A stretch of 64,000 bases of DNA from Candidatus Limnocylindrales bacterium. GTDB taxonomy: Bacteria > Chloroflexota > Limnocylindria > Limnocylindrales > CSP1-4. Numbering within the stretch: the stretch's first letter is position 1; each line of letters begins with the position of its first letter. Under the pieces are notes generated by a model that did no database searches, was not told where the DNA came from, and was given only the letters and a program-made list of their open reading frames with translations. Of this stretch, positions 18,386 to 28,925 are shown in pieces. The translations under genes were made by a program, and so were the position numbers. Where the stretch lies: contig DASSII010000101.1 in NCBI GenBank assembly GCA_035692005.1, positions 35,470-99,469 on the forward strand. The letters are read 5' to 3'.

Positions 18386-20046
18386 CGGGCTGCCTCACGG
18401 CCGACCAGGGCAGCGTCCGGCGGACCGCCGCGGCCCGCGGCCAGGACCCAGCCGATGCGGGCCGCGACACCGACCACCAACAGCGCGACGGCGACGATGA
18501 CGAGCTCCGGAGCGATGGCGAGGGCAGCCCCGGATCCGGCAGCGCGCAGCGTGTCGTCGACCGAGCCACGGACGAGGTCGAGCACGAGTCCGGGCTGGAG
18601 GCCGAACACGACGATGAGGGTGGCCAGCGGTACGAGCGTCAGGATCTCGATGGGATCCATGTCGGTCAGGTGGCCGCCCAGCCCGGTCAGGAAGTCGGAG
18701 ACCTCCTCGAACACGAGCCGGCCGTACATGTACAGCAGGTAGCCGGCGGCCAGGATCATCACGAACGCGGCGATGGCGGCCGCGGCCGGACTGATGGCGA
18801 ACGTGCCGACGATGGTCAGGAACTCCCCGACGAAGCCGGACAGGCCGGGCAACCCGCCGGACGCGAACACGAAGAACCCGAATACCGCCGCCCACAGCGG
18901 CATCCGGGCGGCCAGTCCGGTCATCTTGGCGATGGTCCGATCGTGGGTCCGCTCGTAGAGCACGCCGACGAGCAGGAACAGACCGCCGGTGATGAGTCCG
19001 TGGTTGACCATCTGCAGGATCGAGCCCTCGATGCCCTGCTGGGTGAACACGAACAGGCCGAGCGTGACGAAGCCCATGTGGCTGACCGACGAGTACGCCA
19101 CGAGCCGCTTGAGGTCCGGCTGGACGAGCGCCACGATGGCGCCGTAGATGATGGCGATGAGCGACAGGACGATGACCACCGGCGCGAACGTGTGGGCGGC
19201 GTCGGGGAACAGCGGGACGGCGAAGCGCATGAGCCCGTACGCCCCGAGCTTGAGCATGATCGAGGCGAGGATGACCGAGCCCGCGGTCGGCGCCTCGGTA
19301 TGCGCGTCCGGCAGCCAGGTGTGGAACGGGAACATCGGCACCTTGATCGCGAAGGCCAGGAAGAACGCCAGGAAGGCACCCACCTGCAGGGCCGGTGCGA
19401 AGCCGGTCGTCGCGGCGAAGTCCCGGAGCGTCACGAAATCGAACGCCCCGACCCACGATCCACCGTTGGCGGCCTGGTACGAGAAGCCGGTCGCCAGGAT
19501 CGCCACGAGCATGAGCAGCGAACCGGCGAGCGTGTAGAGGACGAACTTGATCGTCGCGTAGATCCGGTTCGCCCCGCCCCAGATCCCGATGATCAGGTAC
19601 ATCGGGACGAGCACGACCTCCCAGAAGATGTAGAACAGGAACAGGTCGAGCGCGAGGAACACGCCGATCAGGCCGACCTCGAGGATCAGGAACGAGATCA
19701 TGTATTCCTTGATCCGCGTCTGGATCGGCCGCCAGCTCGCGAGCAGCGAGACCCAGGTGATGGTCGTGGTCAGGACGACCAGGGCAGCGGACAGCCCGTC
19801 CACGCCGAGCTTGTACTGGATCCCGAACACGCCGATCCAGTCGGCCTGCTCGACGTACTGGAACTGCTGGCCCGGGCGCCCCGGCAGGTAGCCGATGAGC
19901 AGCAGCAGCGAGACGACCCAGGTCGCCAGGGCGAACCCGACCGCCACCTGTCGCGTGAGCGACGAGGGCAGGATGGCCACGACGATCGCCCCGACCAGCG
20001 GCAGGAACGTGACGACGGTCAGGATCGGCAGGTCGTTGAGGTTCAC
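18382..20046 (-). CDS. nuoM: NADH-quinone oxidoreductase subunit M
   Basis: 'HTWLPDAHTEAPTAGSVILASIMLKLGAYG' is NuoM-type. The GTG at 20046 overlaps the nuoL TGA. Confidence 0.9.
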   Translation of the reverse strand: MNLNDLPILTVVTFLPLVGAIVVAILPSSLTRQVAVGFALATWVVSLLLLIGYLPGRPGQQFQYVEQADWIGVFGIQYKLGVDGLSAALVVLTTTITWVSLLASWRPIQTRIKEYMISFLILEVGLIGVFLALDLFLFYIFWEVVLVPMYLIIGIWGGANRIYATIKFVLYTLAGSLLMLVAILATGFSYQAANGGSWVGAFDFVTLRDFAATTGFAPALQVGAFLAFFLAFAIKVPMFPFHTWLPDAHTEAPTAGSVILASIMLKLGAYGLMRFAVPLFPDAAHTFAPVVIVLSLIAIIYGAIVALVQPDLKRLVAYSSVSHMGFVTLGLFVFTQQGIEGSILQMVNHGLITGGLFLLVGVLYERTHDRTIAKMTGLAARMPLWAAVFGFFVFASGGLPGLSGFVGEFLTIVGTFAISPAAAAIAAFVMILAAGYLLYMYGRLVFEEVSDFLTGLGGHLTDMDPIEILTLVPLATLIVVFGLQPGLVLDLVRGSVDDTLRAAGSGAALAIAPELVIVAVALLVVGVAARIGWVLAAGRGGPPDAALVGREAAR

Positions 20047-22046
20047 CGCGGGCCACCGGTCAGGATCAGGTACGACCCGGCGATGACGATCAGGCCCAGG
20101 GCGATGCCGAGGGCGTAGTTCTGGACGTGTCCGGTCTGCACCCGGCCGAGCCCACGGCCGGCGACGACCGTCTGGCGGCCGATGGCGTTGACCGTGCCGT
20201 CGACGACCTCGCGGTCGAACCACCACATCGCCGCGGCGATCCGCCCGCCGATGACGATGAACAGGAGATGGTTCAGGTCGTCGAACCACCACTTGTTGAG
20301 TGACGCGCGATAGAGGAACGACAGGCCGGGACGGGCGCTCAGCTCACGCACGTCCTCGGGCCGCGCCGGCGCGCGGAACCGCCCGAGGTCGACACCGAAC
20401 AGCCGCCAGGCGGCGACCAGCCCGGCGACCGCCACGGTCACGCTGGCGAGGATCAGGGCACCATCGACGCCGAACAGCTCGTACGACTCATGGGGCAGGG
20501 CCAGGAGCTCGGTGGCGTGGTGGAACACCGGCTCGAGCCAGCCGTGCAGGACACTGGAGCCCAGCGGCAGGCCGATCGCCAGCCCGAGCAGGGCCGAGGG
20601 GATGGCCAGCAGGATGAGCGGGACGGTCATGACCCGGGGCGACTCGTGGATCTTGTCCCAGATGGCCGCCGGGCCACGGAACGAGCCCCAAAAGGTCAGG
20701 CCCATGAGCCGGAACATGTAGAACGCGGTCAGCAGGGCGACGAACAGCCCGACCCCCCACACCCAGTAGAAGCTGGCCTTGAACGCCTCACCGAGGATCT
20801 CGTCCTTGGAGAAGAATCCGGCGAAAGGCGGGATGCCCGCGATGGCGATGGAGCCGACGAACATCGTGGCGTAGGTGATCGGGATCTTCCGGCTCAGGCC
20901 GCCCATCCGGCGCATGTCCTGCTCCTCGTGGACCGCATGGATGACGGAGCCCGAGCCGAGGAAGAGGAGGCCCTTGAAGAAGCCGTGGGTCATCAGGTGG
21001 AAGATGGCCGCGGTGAACGCGCCGACCCCGAGGGCGGCGAACATGTACCCGAGCTGCGACAGCGTCGAATAGGCCAGCACCCGTTTGATGTCGGTCTGGG
21101 TCATCGCGATCGACGCCGCGAGGATGGCGGTGAAGATGCCGATCGCCGCCACCACGACCATGGCCGACGGGGTCGACGCGAACAGCGGGTTGGCCCGCGC
21201 GATGAGATAGACCCCGGCGTTGACCATCGTCGCGGCATGGATGAGCGCGGAGACCGGGGTGGGGCCCTCCATCGCATCGGGCAGCCAGACATGCAGCGGG
21301 AACTGGGCACTCTTGCCCATCGCGCCGGCGAACACAAGCAGCGCGACGACGACGAGCGGGATGGGATTGGCCTCCCCCTGGGCGAGCAGCAGCTCGATCG
21401 ACTCGCGGACGTTGAGCGTCGGGTGGCCGGCGGCCGCGGTATTCACGACGATCGCGGCGATGCCAAGGACGAAGCCCAGGTCGCCGACGCGGTTGACGAT
21501 GAACGCCTTCTTGGCCGCCAGCTGGGCGGAACGCTTGCGGTACCAGAAGCCGATGAGCAAGTAGCTCGACAGCCCGACCAGCTCCCAGGCCACGAACACG
21601 ACGAGCCAGTTGTCGGCCAGGACCAGCAGCAGCATCGAGAACATGAACAGGTTCAGGTAGGCGAAGAACCGCCAGTACCCCGGGTCGTGGCTCATGTAGC
21701 CGATCGAGTAGACGTGGACCAGCAGGCCGATCGTGGTCACGACGATCAGCAGACATGCCGTCAGCGGGTCGACGACCAGTCCGAAGTCGATGTGGAGATC
21801 GCCGGCGGGGATCCACGCCCACGGCCCGGCGACGTAGCCGTGCGTGTCCTCCGAGCCCGGCAGCAGCGGCGCCGCCCCGGTCAGCACGTTGGCGACGGCG
21901 ACCATCGCGATGATCCAGACCACGAGGATCGCCAGGACCGGGATCCAGTGGGCTGACTTGCCGAAGCGTCGGCCGATGAACGCCGTCACCAGGAACCCGC
22001 CCAGCGGCAGGAGGAGCAGCAGCGGCAGCAACGCCTCGATCGTCAC
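20043..22046 (-). CDS. nuoL: NADH-quinone oxidoreductase subunit L
   Basis: '[31 protein letters not shown]' and a long C-terminal amphipathic region. The GTG at 22046 overlaps the nuoK TGA. Confidence 0.9.
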   Translation of the reverse strand: MTIEALLPLLLLLPLGGFLVTAFIGRRFGKSAHWIPVLAILVVWIIAMVAVANVLTGAAPLLPGSEDTHGYVAGPWAWIPAGDLHIDFGLVVDPLTACLLIVVTTIGLLVHVYSIGYMSHDPGYWRFFAYLNLFMFSMLLLVLADNWLVVFVAWELVGLSSYLLIGFWYRKRSAQLAAKKAFIVNRVGDLGFVLGIAAIVVNTAAAGHPTLNVRESIELLLAQGEANPIPLVVVALLVFAGAMGKSAQFPLHVWLPDAMEGPTPVSALIHAATMVNAGVYLIARANPLFASTPSAMVVVAAIGIFTAILAASIAMTQTDIKRVLAYSTLSQLGYMFAALGVGAFTAAIFHLMTHGFFKGLLFLGSGSVIHAVHEEQDMRRMGGLSRKIPITYATMFVGSIAIAGIPPFAGFFSKDEILGEAFKASFYWVWGVGLFVALLTAFYMFRLMGLTFWGSFRGPAAIWDKIHESPRVMTVPLILLAIPSALLGLAIGLPLGSSVLHGWLEPVFHHATELLALPHESYELFGVDGALILASVTVAVAGLVAAWRLFGVDLGRFRAPARPEDVRELSARPGLSFLYRASLNKWWFDDLNHLLFIVIGGRIAAAMWWFDREVVDGTVNAIGRQTVVAGRGLGRVQTGHVQNYALGIALGLIVIAGSYLILTGGPR

Positions 22047-22360
22047 TGGCGCATCGCGTCGTACTCGTCGACGAGCGGCGTCTTCTTGTTGCGATAGATG
22101 GCGATCACGATGGCGAGGCCGACGGTCGCCTCGGCCGCCGCGACAGCCATGACCATGAGCGCGAACACGGCACCCTGGGCGGATGCGTCGGGACCGGCAC
22201 CGAACACGCCGAAGGCGACGATGGCAAGGTTGACTGCGTTGAGCATCAGCTCGATCGACATGAGCATGCTGATCGCGTTGCGCCGGGCGAGGAAGCCGAA
22301 CGAGCCGATGGCGAACAGGATGCCGGACAGGATCAGATACGTGTCGAGGCTGTCGCTCAC
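22043..22360 (-). CDS. nuoK: NADH-quinone oxidoreductase subunit K
   Basis: 105-aa 3-TM protein ('[21 protein letters not shown]'). The GTG at 22360 overlaps the nuoJ TGA. Confidence 0.85.
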   Translation of the reverse strand: MSDSLDTYLILSGILFAIGSFGFLARRNAISMLMSIELMLNAVNLAIVAFGVFGAGPDASAQGAVFALMVMAVAAAEATVGLAIVIAIYRNKKTPLVDEYDAMRQ

Positions 22361-22950
22361 GACGGACCGCCGGGCTCGCGCTTCGCCAGGAAGACACCGC
22401 CGATCACGGCGGCGAGCAGGAGCACGCTGACGATCTCGAACGGGAACACGAAGTCGCGGAACAGGACCTTGGACATCGCGTTCGTCGAGATCCCGACCCG
22501 CTTGGCCGCGGCGCCCCAGTCGGTGGCGGTCACCGCCAGGGCGATGAGCACGGCGAACACGACCGCGGCGATGGCCGCGACGCCTGCCTGGGTCTGGAAC
22601 ACCAGCCGGCTCGGCGCATCCTTGGTCTGGGTGAGCATGATCGCGAACAGGATCAGGACGCTGATCGCGCCGATGTACACGATGACCTGCGCCGCGCCGA
22701 GCAGCGGCACGCCCATCAGCGTGTAGATCCCGGCGAGCGCGAGGAAGCAGACGATCATCGCCAGGCCGCAGCGGATGATGTCGCGCATCGTGACGACCAG
22801 CAGCCCGGACCCGAGCATGACCGCGGCGAGGATCCACAGGAGGGCGTCCTCCCAGTCCTGACCGAGGGCCAGGAGCATGAGCGCGGCGATGCCGAGCACC
22901 GCCCCCATGACGATGAGGCCGAGCAGGATGGGGACGAGCCGGGCGAGCAC
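22357..22950 (-). CDS. nuoJ: NADH-quinone oxidoreductase subunit J
   Basis: 197-aa hydrophobic NuoJ-like protein. Confidence 0.8.
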   Translation of the reverse strand: MLARLVPILLGLIVMGAVLGIAALMLLALGQDWEDALLWILAAVMLGSGLLVVTMRDIIRCGLAMIVCFLALAGIYTLMGVPLLGAAQVIVYIGAISVLILFAIMLTQTKDAPSRLVFQTQAGVAAIAAVVFAVLIALAVTATDWGAAAKRVGISTNAMSKVLFRDFVFPFEIVSVLLLAAVIGGVFLAKREPGGPS

Positions 22951-22959
22951 GGTCGGACC

Positions 22960-25608
22960 CTACTCGTGGCCGCCGGGGCCGAGCGCCGCCACGGCAGCGT
23001 GGCCGTCGCCATGGTCGTGCCCGTGGCCGTTGCCCGCGCCGTGGCCGCCGTGCGACGGGACGCCACCGATGGCTGGTGGGAGCATCGGCAGGAGACGGCT
23101 GGTGTCGATGCCACGCCCGTCGGCGGCCGCGCGGGCCGCCCAGTCGCGCTCGCGCCGGATGTAGGTCACCTCGGTCTCGCGGTCGATCGCCGCCAGCGCG
23201 ATCAGGTCGATGACGGGGTCGGTCCGGCTCGTGTGGGCGAGCTCGATGTCGGCACCGTCGCGCAGGGCGTCGTAGGGACACGCATCGACACAGATGCCGC
23301 ACAGGATGCAGCGGCTCTCGTCGACCTCGTACTTCTGCAGGACGCGCGGCTTGGGCATCAGCGCGCCGGTCGGGCAGGTCTCGGCACAGCGACCGCACGA
23401 CACGCACGGCGTGTCGTTGAGGCTCATGTCGAGCGGCGTCGTGACCAGCGTGTCGAAGCCGATGCGCATGAAGTCGTAGCACGCCGCGCCGACGACCTCG
23501 GCGCACACGTTGGCGCACCGTCCGCAATCGATGCAGCGCGATGGCTCACGCAGGATGAACGCGTGCGAATCGTCGCGGATGTAGTCGTGGTTGATGCCGG
23601 TGAACCGGTTCTCGGTGATGCTCCGATAGCCCGCCCCTTGGTGGAACTGCGGCTCGAGCGTCTTGAGCGTGGTGCCGTACTCGATGCCCAGACGTCGCAG
23701 GTCGCAGAAACCGATCGCCTCGCAGGTGCACTGCAGGCAGCGCGTCGATTCGGCGACGGCTGCCGCCGGTGTGTACGGCAGCTCGTACTCGACGTAGTCG
23801 TGGTTGCGCTCCTCGGCCGGCATCGCCTGCATCCGATAGCGCGGCTCCTTGATCTCGGCCGTGAACGGTACGATCGACAGGAACTCCGGCTGCGGCTCGG
23901 CGAGCGTCTGGCGGGTGCGGATCGCGCCCAGGTCCAGGCCCTTCATGAACGCGTCGACGGCGTATGCGGCACGGCGACCCTCGGCGACGGCCTGGACCAC
24001 GGTCGCCGCGCCGATGCGGACATCGCCCGTCCCGAACACGCCCGGGCGATCCGTCTCGAACGTGACCGCGTCGGCCTTGAGGCGTCGTTGCTTGGTCGCC
24101 GCCGGCCCCTCGTTGCCGGGCGCAGCAAGCCAGTCGAGCTCGGGACCCTGGCCGATCGCGAGCAGCACCCGGTCGCACGGGATCGTGAACTCGGTGCCGG
24201 GCGCCGGTTCCGGGCGACGGCGGCCGGAGGCATCCGGGGCGCCAAGAGCCATCCGGATGAACTCCACGCCGGTGACCTTGCCGCTCGCCTCGTCGGTGAT
24301 GACCCGCACGGGTCCGGCCTGGAAGATGGCGGTGACGCCCTCTTCGATGGCCTCGTGGACTTCATCGGCCGCCGGCATGTCCTTCATGTCGCGGCGGTAC
24401 ACGAGGGTGACGTCGCTGGCGCCCTGCCGGACGGAGGTGCGCGAGCAGTCCATCGAGGTGAAGCCACCGCCGATGACCACCACGCGCTTGCCGGCGTGAT
24501 CGGGGTAGGGCAGGCCGAGCGTGGCCGTGCGCAGGTATTCGAGACCGTCGATGACGCCGTCGGCGTCCTCACCGGGGATGCCCAGCTTGTTCGTGTCGTA
24601 GCAGCCGATCGCGACGAGCACCGAGTCGAAGCCCTGGTTGGTCAGGTCGTCGAGGGTGAAGTCGCGCCCGAGGCCGGCATTGGTGACCATCCTGGCGCCG
24701 AGACGCATGACCGACTCGTATTCGGCCTCGAGGACCTCTACCTTGGGCAGGCGGTACTGCGGGATCCCGTAGCGGAGCATGCCGCCCGGCGCGGGATCGC
24801 GCTCGAAGACCGTGACATCGTGGCCGGCGATGAGCAGGTAGTACGCCGCGCTCATGCCGGCCGGCCCCGACCCGATGACCGCGGCGCGGCGGCCTGAACG
24901 GACCTGTCGCTCGAACGGCACGGGCGGATCGACGTCGTCGTCGAGCTGCGCCTTGAGCACCTGGTCGCCGGCGTAGCGATGCGAATCGCGGATGGCGATG
25001 GCCTCATCGACCTCGTCCCGCCGGCAGTGCTCCTCGCACGGCGCGGGGCATACCCGGCCCAGGACCGAGGGGAACGGGATCGTCCGCTTGAAGATGCGCG
25101 TGCTCTCGCGCCAGTCCGCCTCGGCGTTGGCCTTGAGGAAGCCCGGGATGTCGATGTGGCTCGGGCACTTGTTCTGGCACGGTGGCAGGCAGTAGGCGTT
25201 GTGATCGCTGAAGATCAGTTCGAGGTTCGTGCGGCGCAGGCGGCGGACTTCCTCGGTCTGGGTCTGGACCTTCATGTCCGGCTCGCACGTGCGCGAGCAG
25301 GAGATGGGTGGATGCTCCTCGCCCTCGACCTCGACGACGCACATCCGGCAGGCACCGAAGCCCGGCAGCTTCGGCTCGTAGCACAGCGTCGGGATCTCGA
25401 TCCCGTTGTCGCGACAGACCTCGAGGATGGTCTGGCCCTCGAAGCCCTCGACCACCCGCCCGTCGACCTCGATCCGGATGCGCGGCGTCGACTGGGGACG
25501 CTGCGGCGACTGGGTCTCGAGCAGGCGCTCGGCCAGCGAGTCGGCGTTGGTCCGCGCGGACGTCGCGGGAACGGGGCGGCCCTCGGGGCGGGCGATCGTG
25601 TCGGTCAT
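22960..25608 (-). CDS. Non-canonical complex I 'NuoG' replacement: N-terminal NuoG-type [2Fe-2S] ferredoxin domain, then a GltD-like FAD/NAD(P)H oxidoreductase domain, then C-terminal NuoG-type [4Fe-4S] domains and a His-rich tail; no molybdopterin domain
   Basis: Domains in order: '[19 protein letters not shown]' (N1b-type 2Fe-2S), '[12 protein letters not shown]' and '[12 protein letters not shown]' (GltD N-terminal Fe-S), '[17 protein letters not shown]...GIPQYRLPK' (FAD/NADPH), then '[21 protein letters not shown]', '[12 protein letters not shown]' and '[12 protein letters not shown]'. The ATG at 25608 overlaps the nuoF TGA (ATGA). Confidence 0.75.
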   Translation of the reverse strand: MTDTIARPEGRPVPATSARTNADSLAERLLETQSPQRPQSTPRIRIEVDGRVVEGFEGQTILEVCRDNGIEIPTLCYEPKLPGFGACRMCVVEVEGEEHPPISCSRTCEPDMKVQTQTEEVRRLRRTNLELIFSDHNAYCLPPCQNKCPSHIDIPGFLKANAEADWRESTRIFKRTIPFPSVLGRVCPAPCEEHCRRDEVDEAIAIRDSHRYAGDQVLKAQLDDDVDPPVPFERQVRSGRRAAVIGSGPAGMSAAYYLLIAGHDVTVFERDPAPGGMLRYGIPQYRLPKVEVLEAEYESVMRLGARMVTNAGLGRDFTLDDLTNQGFDSVLVAIGCYDTNKLGIPGEDADGVIDGLEYLRTATLGLPYPDHAGKRVVVIGGGFTSMDCSRTSVRQGASDVTLVYRRDMKDMPAADEVHEAIEEGVTAIFQAGPVRVITDEASGKVTGVEFIRMALGAPDASGRRRPEPAPGTEFTIPCDRVLLAIGQGPELDWLAAPGNEGPAATKQRRLKADAVTFETDRPGVFGTGDVRIGAATVVQAVAEGRRAAYAVDAFMKGLDLGAIRTRQTLAEPQPEFLSIVPFTAEIKEPRYRMQAMPAEERNHDYVEYELPYTPAAAVAESTRCLQCTCEAIGFCDLRRLGIEYGTTLKTLEPQFHQGAGYRSITENRFTGINHDYIRDDSHAFILREPSRCIDCGRCANVCAEVVGAACYDFMRIGFDTLVTTPLDMSLNDTPCVSCGRCAETCPTGALMPKPRVLQKYEVDESRCILCGICVDACPYDALRDGADIELAHTSRTDPVIDLIALAAIDRETEVTYIRRERDWAARAAADGRGIDTSRLLPMLPPAIGGVPSHGGHGAGNGHGHDHGDGHAAVAALGPGGHE

Positions 25609-26900
25609 CGGGAAGCCTCGGTCGCGGCCGGTCGGGGTCGGCGCTCGGGGTCGAACTCGGACCCGAAGTATCGCATCCCGCTGGTCAGCGGGAGCGTGGC
25701 GAGCCGCTCGTGGTCGCACAGGGCGGACGCGGCGATGTCGTGGGCCAGGTCGGTCGCCAGCTGCGCATCGACCGGACGCAACAGGCCCGCCTCGCGCCGG
25801 TCGACGATCTCGGCCAGTCGCTTCGTCCCGATGCGACACGGGATGGACTTGCCACACGCCTCGTTGGCGCAGAACCGGGTCAGTACGCCGACCAGCTCGA
25901 GCAGGTCGGTCCGATCGTCCACGGCCACCACGGACCCCGACCCCAGGTGGGCTCCGGCGTCGCGCAACGAGGCGAAGTCGTAGGGCGTGTCCAGCGCGTC
26001 GGGCGGCAGCAGACCACCCGATGGACCGCCGACCAGCACGGCCTTGAGCGAACGGTCGGCTGGCAGCCGACCGCCAAGCTTGAGCACATCCCTGAGCGGC
26101 GTGCCGAGCGGGACCTCGGCGATGCCGTCTCCCGAGGGGGTCCGCAGCTGGACGAGAACGGTGCCGGGAGCATGGGTGGAGCCGGTCGAGCTGAACGCGT
26201 CCTCGCCCTCGCGGACGATCCACGGCACGGCCGCCAACGTCTGCACGTTGTTGACCACGGTCGGCCGACCGAACAGGCCGCGCCGCGCAGGATGCGGCGG
26301 CCGCTGCTCGGGCTGGCCGCGCTTGCCCTCGAGCGCCTTGAGCAGGACCGTCTCCTCGCCGAGCATGTAGGCGCCCTGGACGGTCCGCACGGAGACGTCG
26401 ATGTCCCGCCCGGAGCCGAGCACGTCCGTGCCGAGATAGCCCGCCTCGCTGGCGGCCCCGATCGCCGCCGACAGCCGGGCGACGACGTCGCCGTGTTCGG
26501 CGCGAACCGCGATGAAGGCCTCGCTGGCCCCGATCGCGAAGGCGGCGATGGCCACCCCTTCGACCACGGCATATGGGTCGAGGAGCATCAGCGTGCGGTC
26601 CGTGTGCGAGGCCGGGTCTGCCCCGTAGCCGTTGGCCACGACGTAGCGCTGGTCAGCGTCGGTGTCGGCGGCCATCCGCCACTTCTCCCCGGTCGGGAAA
26701 CCCGCCCCGCCGCGGCCGCGCAGACCGGACCCGCTGATGGCTGCGATGGTGCCGGCCGGTCCGAGGTCGCGGATCGCGCGGCGCAGGCCCGCGAAGGCTC
26801 CGTCGGCGACGGCAGCATCGAGGTCGGTCGGGTCCTTGGCAGCGGCGCGGGCGAGAAGGATCCGCGGCCAGCCGGCCGGGGTCCGCAGGAGGGTCGCCAT
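25605..26900 (-). CDS. nuoF: NADH-quinone oxidoreductase subunit F (51-kDa, FMN/NADH-binding)
   Basis: 'GLRGRGGAGFPTGEKW' and 'GAYMLGEETVLLKALEG' (FMN), with a C-terminal N3 cluster ('FCANEACGKSIPCRIG...ALCDHE'). It starts 2 nt after the nuoI stop. Confidence 0.85.
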   Translation of the reverse strand: MATLLRTPAGWPRILLARAAAKDPTDLDAAVADGAFAGLRRAIRDLGPAGTIAAISGSGLRGRGGAGFPTGEKWRMAADTDADQRYVVANGYGADPASHTDRTLMLLDPYAVVEGVAIAAFAIGASEAFIAVRAEHGDVVARLSAAIGAASEAGYLGTDVLGSGRDIDVSVRTVQGAYMLGEETVLLKALEGKRGQPEQRPPHPARRGLFGRPTVVNNVQTLAAVPWIVREGEDAFSSTGSTHAPGTVLVQLRTPSGDGIAEVPLGTPLRDVLKLGGRLPADRSLKAVLVGGPSGGLLPPDALDTPYDFASLRDAGAHLGSGSVVAVDDRTDLLELVGVLTRFCANEACGKSIPCRIGTKRLAEIVDRREAGLLRPVDAQLATDLAHDIAASALCDHERLATLPLTSGMRYFGSEFDPERRPRPAATEASR

Positions 26901-26902
26901 GG

Positions 26903-27580
26903 TCAGGTCCGCGCCGCGGCGCCGGGCCGCCCGCTCCCGTCGAGCGCCGCGCCGAGCGTCGCGAGGTACGTCGTCTCCGCGGGCCGGTGGCGCGCGACCG
27001 CGTCCGCCTGCTCGGCGGCAGCGGCCGGCTCGAAGCGCAGGTGGGCGTAGAAGCTGGCCGTGCCGTAGATCATCGCGTACCAGGCACCCGTCCGGTGGCT
27101 GATCCGCTTGAGCGCGGCGACCGGCAGGTAGCCGTACGCGGACTGGGTCGCCTCGAGGATCGCCAGCATCCGGGCCGGATCGTGGTCGTACTCGTCGAGG
27201 ACCGCGTCGACGGCGGCCAGGTCGATCGGCGCGAATGGACGGAAGGCGGGATCGGGCACGGGTCGGCCCGAGCGCCGCAAGGCCGATTCCTCGCGACGTT
27301 CGTCGTACTGCTCGGGTGCGCCCCAGTGGACGTGGTAGCGGCCGCGCGTGTCGATGCCGCCCATGTCGATGCATTCGATCGGGCATGCCTGGGCGCACTG
27401 GAAGCAGGTCTCGCATTTGAGCGTGCCCCACTCGTCGTACAGCAGCTGCAGCCGACCGCGGAACCGCGGCGGCACGTCGAGCCGGACTTCGGGGTACTTG
27501 ATGGTGACCTTGGGCTCGAAGACGCGGCGCAGGGTCAGGGCCATGCCCTTGGCGATGCCAAGACCCGGGATGAAGGTCAT
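26903..27580 (-). CDS. nuoI: Atypical NuoI: a single CxxCxxCxxxCP [4Fe-4S] motif followed by a C-terminal extension resembling the N-terminal helical domain of NuoE
   Basis: The N-terminus aligns with NuoI ('LTLRRVFEPKVTIKYPEVRLDVPPRFRGR...KCETCFQCAQACPIEC'). The C-terminal ~90 aa 'RMLAILEATQSAYGYLPVAALKRISHRTGAWYAMIYGTASFYAHLRF' matches the NuoE N-terminus but has no Cys. No second ferredoxin motif is found in any frame. Confidence 0.65.
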   Translation of the reverse strand: MTFIPGLGIAKGMALTLRRVFEPKVTIKYPEVRLDVPPRFRGRLQLLYDEWGTLKCETCFQCAQACPIECIDMGGIDTRGRYHVHWGAPEQYDERREESALRRSGRPVPDPAFRPFAPIDLAAVDAVLDEYDHDPARMLAILEATQSAYGYLPVAALKRISHRTGAWYAMIYGTASFYAHLRFEPAAAAEQADAVARHRPAETTYLATLGAALDGSGRPGAAART

Positions 27581-27584
27581 CAGG

Positions 27585-28925
27585 TCAGCTCCGGATCACG
27601 ACGATGGCCGCGGCGGTCACGAACAGGTTGAGCAGCGATGCCGGCAGCAGCCACTTCCAGGCGAAGTCCATGAGCTGGTCGATGCGGACGCGAGGCAGCG
27701 TCCCCCGCATCCACACGAAGATGAACACGAAGACGTACGTCTTGAGCATGAACCAGAGGATACCGGCGACCCAGTCGAGGCCGATGTATGCCCACGCGCC
27801 CAGCATGGCGATGATGAACAGGTTGGCGAGCACGAACCCGGCGATGAGCGCCTGCCACCAGCGGATGCGCGAGCTGAGGACGAAGAACGGCGTCGCGAAC
27901 AGCAGCGTCAGCACGACCGGAGCGAGCCCGGCGATGAACAGCAGGCCGATCCCGAACGACGCTGGGTCGAGGCTGAGGGCGATGGGCCAGGGCCACGGGA
28001 ATGGCGCGTTCCAGCCGCCGAAGAAGAGCGTGACCGTGAGCGCCGACATGATGAACACGTTCACGTACTCGGCGAAGAAGAAGAACCCGAAGCGCATGCC
28101 CGAGTACTCCGTGGCGAAGCCCGCCACGATCTCGGAATCGGCCTCGGTCAGGTCGAACGGGGTGCGGTTGGCCTCGGCGGTCGCGGCGATGAAGAAGATC
28201 AGCGCCCCGAGCGGTTGCTGGAAGATGTACCAGTTCGTGAACCAGCCACCCTGGTTCTCGACGAGCGTGTTGAGGCTCATCGTCCCGGCCAGCAGGAGCA
28301 GGCCGACGACCGACAGTGTCAGCGGGATCTCGTAGCTGACGACCTGGGCGGCCGAGCGCAGCCCGCCCAGCAGCGAGTACTTGTTGTAGCTCGCCCAGCC
28401 GGCCATCAGCAGGCCCACGACCGACAGGCCGCCGATGGCGAAGAAGTAGAGCAGGCCGATGTTCAGGTCCGCCCCGTACAGGCCGGGCGCGAACGGGATG
28501 ACGAGCAGGGTCATCACGCTCGCCAGGTAGACGACCACCGGTGCCCAGGTGAACACGACCGGGTCGGCGCCGGTCGGGGTGAAGTCCTCCTTCATGAGGA
28601 CCTTGAGCCCGTGCACGACCGACAGCAGCGACCCGAACGGGCCTACCCGATCGGGGCCGATGCGCAGGTTCATCAGGGCGATGCCCTTCATCTCCATGTA
28701 GATGATCAGAAACGCCGTGGGCACCGTCATCAGCAGCACGAGCGTGACGGCGACGACGAAGCGGACGATCGGCAGGTTGGCGCCGAGGATGTCCAAGAGC
28801 GGGCCCCCGAACGCGACGATGGCCACGACCAGGCCGACGGTCAGCGCGATCAACAGCGGCACGATCGTGAACACGACCTTGCCCGGCAGTGTCAGCCGAT
28901 CCCAGCCGCGTCCGATGACCGTCAC
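27585..28925 (-). CDS. nuoH: NADH-quinone oxidoreductase subunit H
   Basis: 'GWASYNKYSLLGGLRSAAQVVSYEIPL' and 'RTPFDLTEADSEIVAGFATEYSGMRF' are NuoH-type. The GTG at 28925 overlaps the nuoD TGA. Confidence 0.9.
   Translation of the reverse strand: MTVIGRGWDRLTLPGKVVFTIVPLLIALTVGLVVAIVAFGGPLLDILGANLPIVRFVVAVTLVLLMTVPTAFLIIYMEMKGIALMNLRIGPDRVGPFGSLLSVVHGLKVLMKEDFTPTGADPVVFTWAPVVVYLASVMTLLVIPFAPGLYGADLNIGLLYFFAIGGLSVVGLLMAGWASYNKYSLLGGLRSAAQVVSYEIPLTLSVVGLLLLAGTMSLNTLVENQGGWFTNWYIFQQPLGALIFFIAATAEANRTPFDLTEADSEIVAGFATEYSGMRFGFFFFAEYVNVFIMSALTVTLFFGGWNAPFPWPWPIALSLDPASFGIGLLFIAGLAPVVLTLLFATPFFVLSSRIRWWQALIAGFVLANLFIIAMLGAWAYIGLDWVAGILWFMLKTYVFVFIFVWMRGTLPRVRIDQLMDFAWKWLLPASLLNLFVTAAAIVVIRS

Noticed and set aside
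15749-18742. 997-aa (+) ORF and the 17067..18569 (−) ORF across nuoN/nuoM
   Set aside because: Antisense or alternative frames of nuoN/nuoM with R/G/D-rich composition; the hydrophobic NuoN/NuoM frames are the real genes.
20490-24897. (+) ORFs 20490..21956 and 22966..24897 over nuoL and the nuoG-like gene
   Set aside because: Antisense, Arg/Asp/Gly-rich, with no domains.
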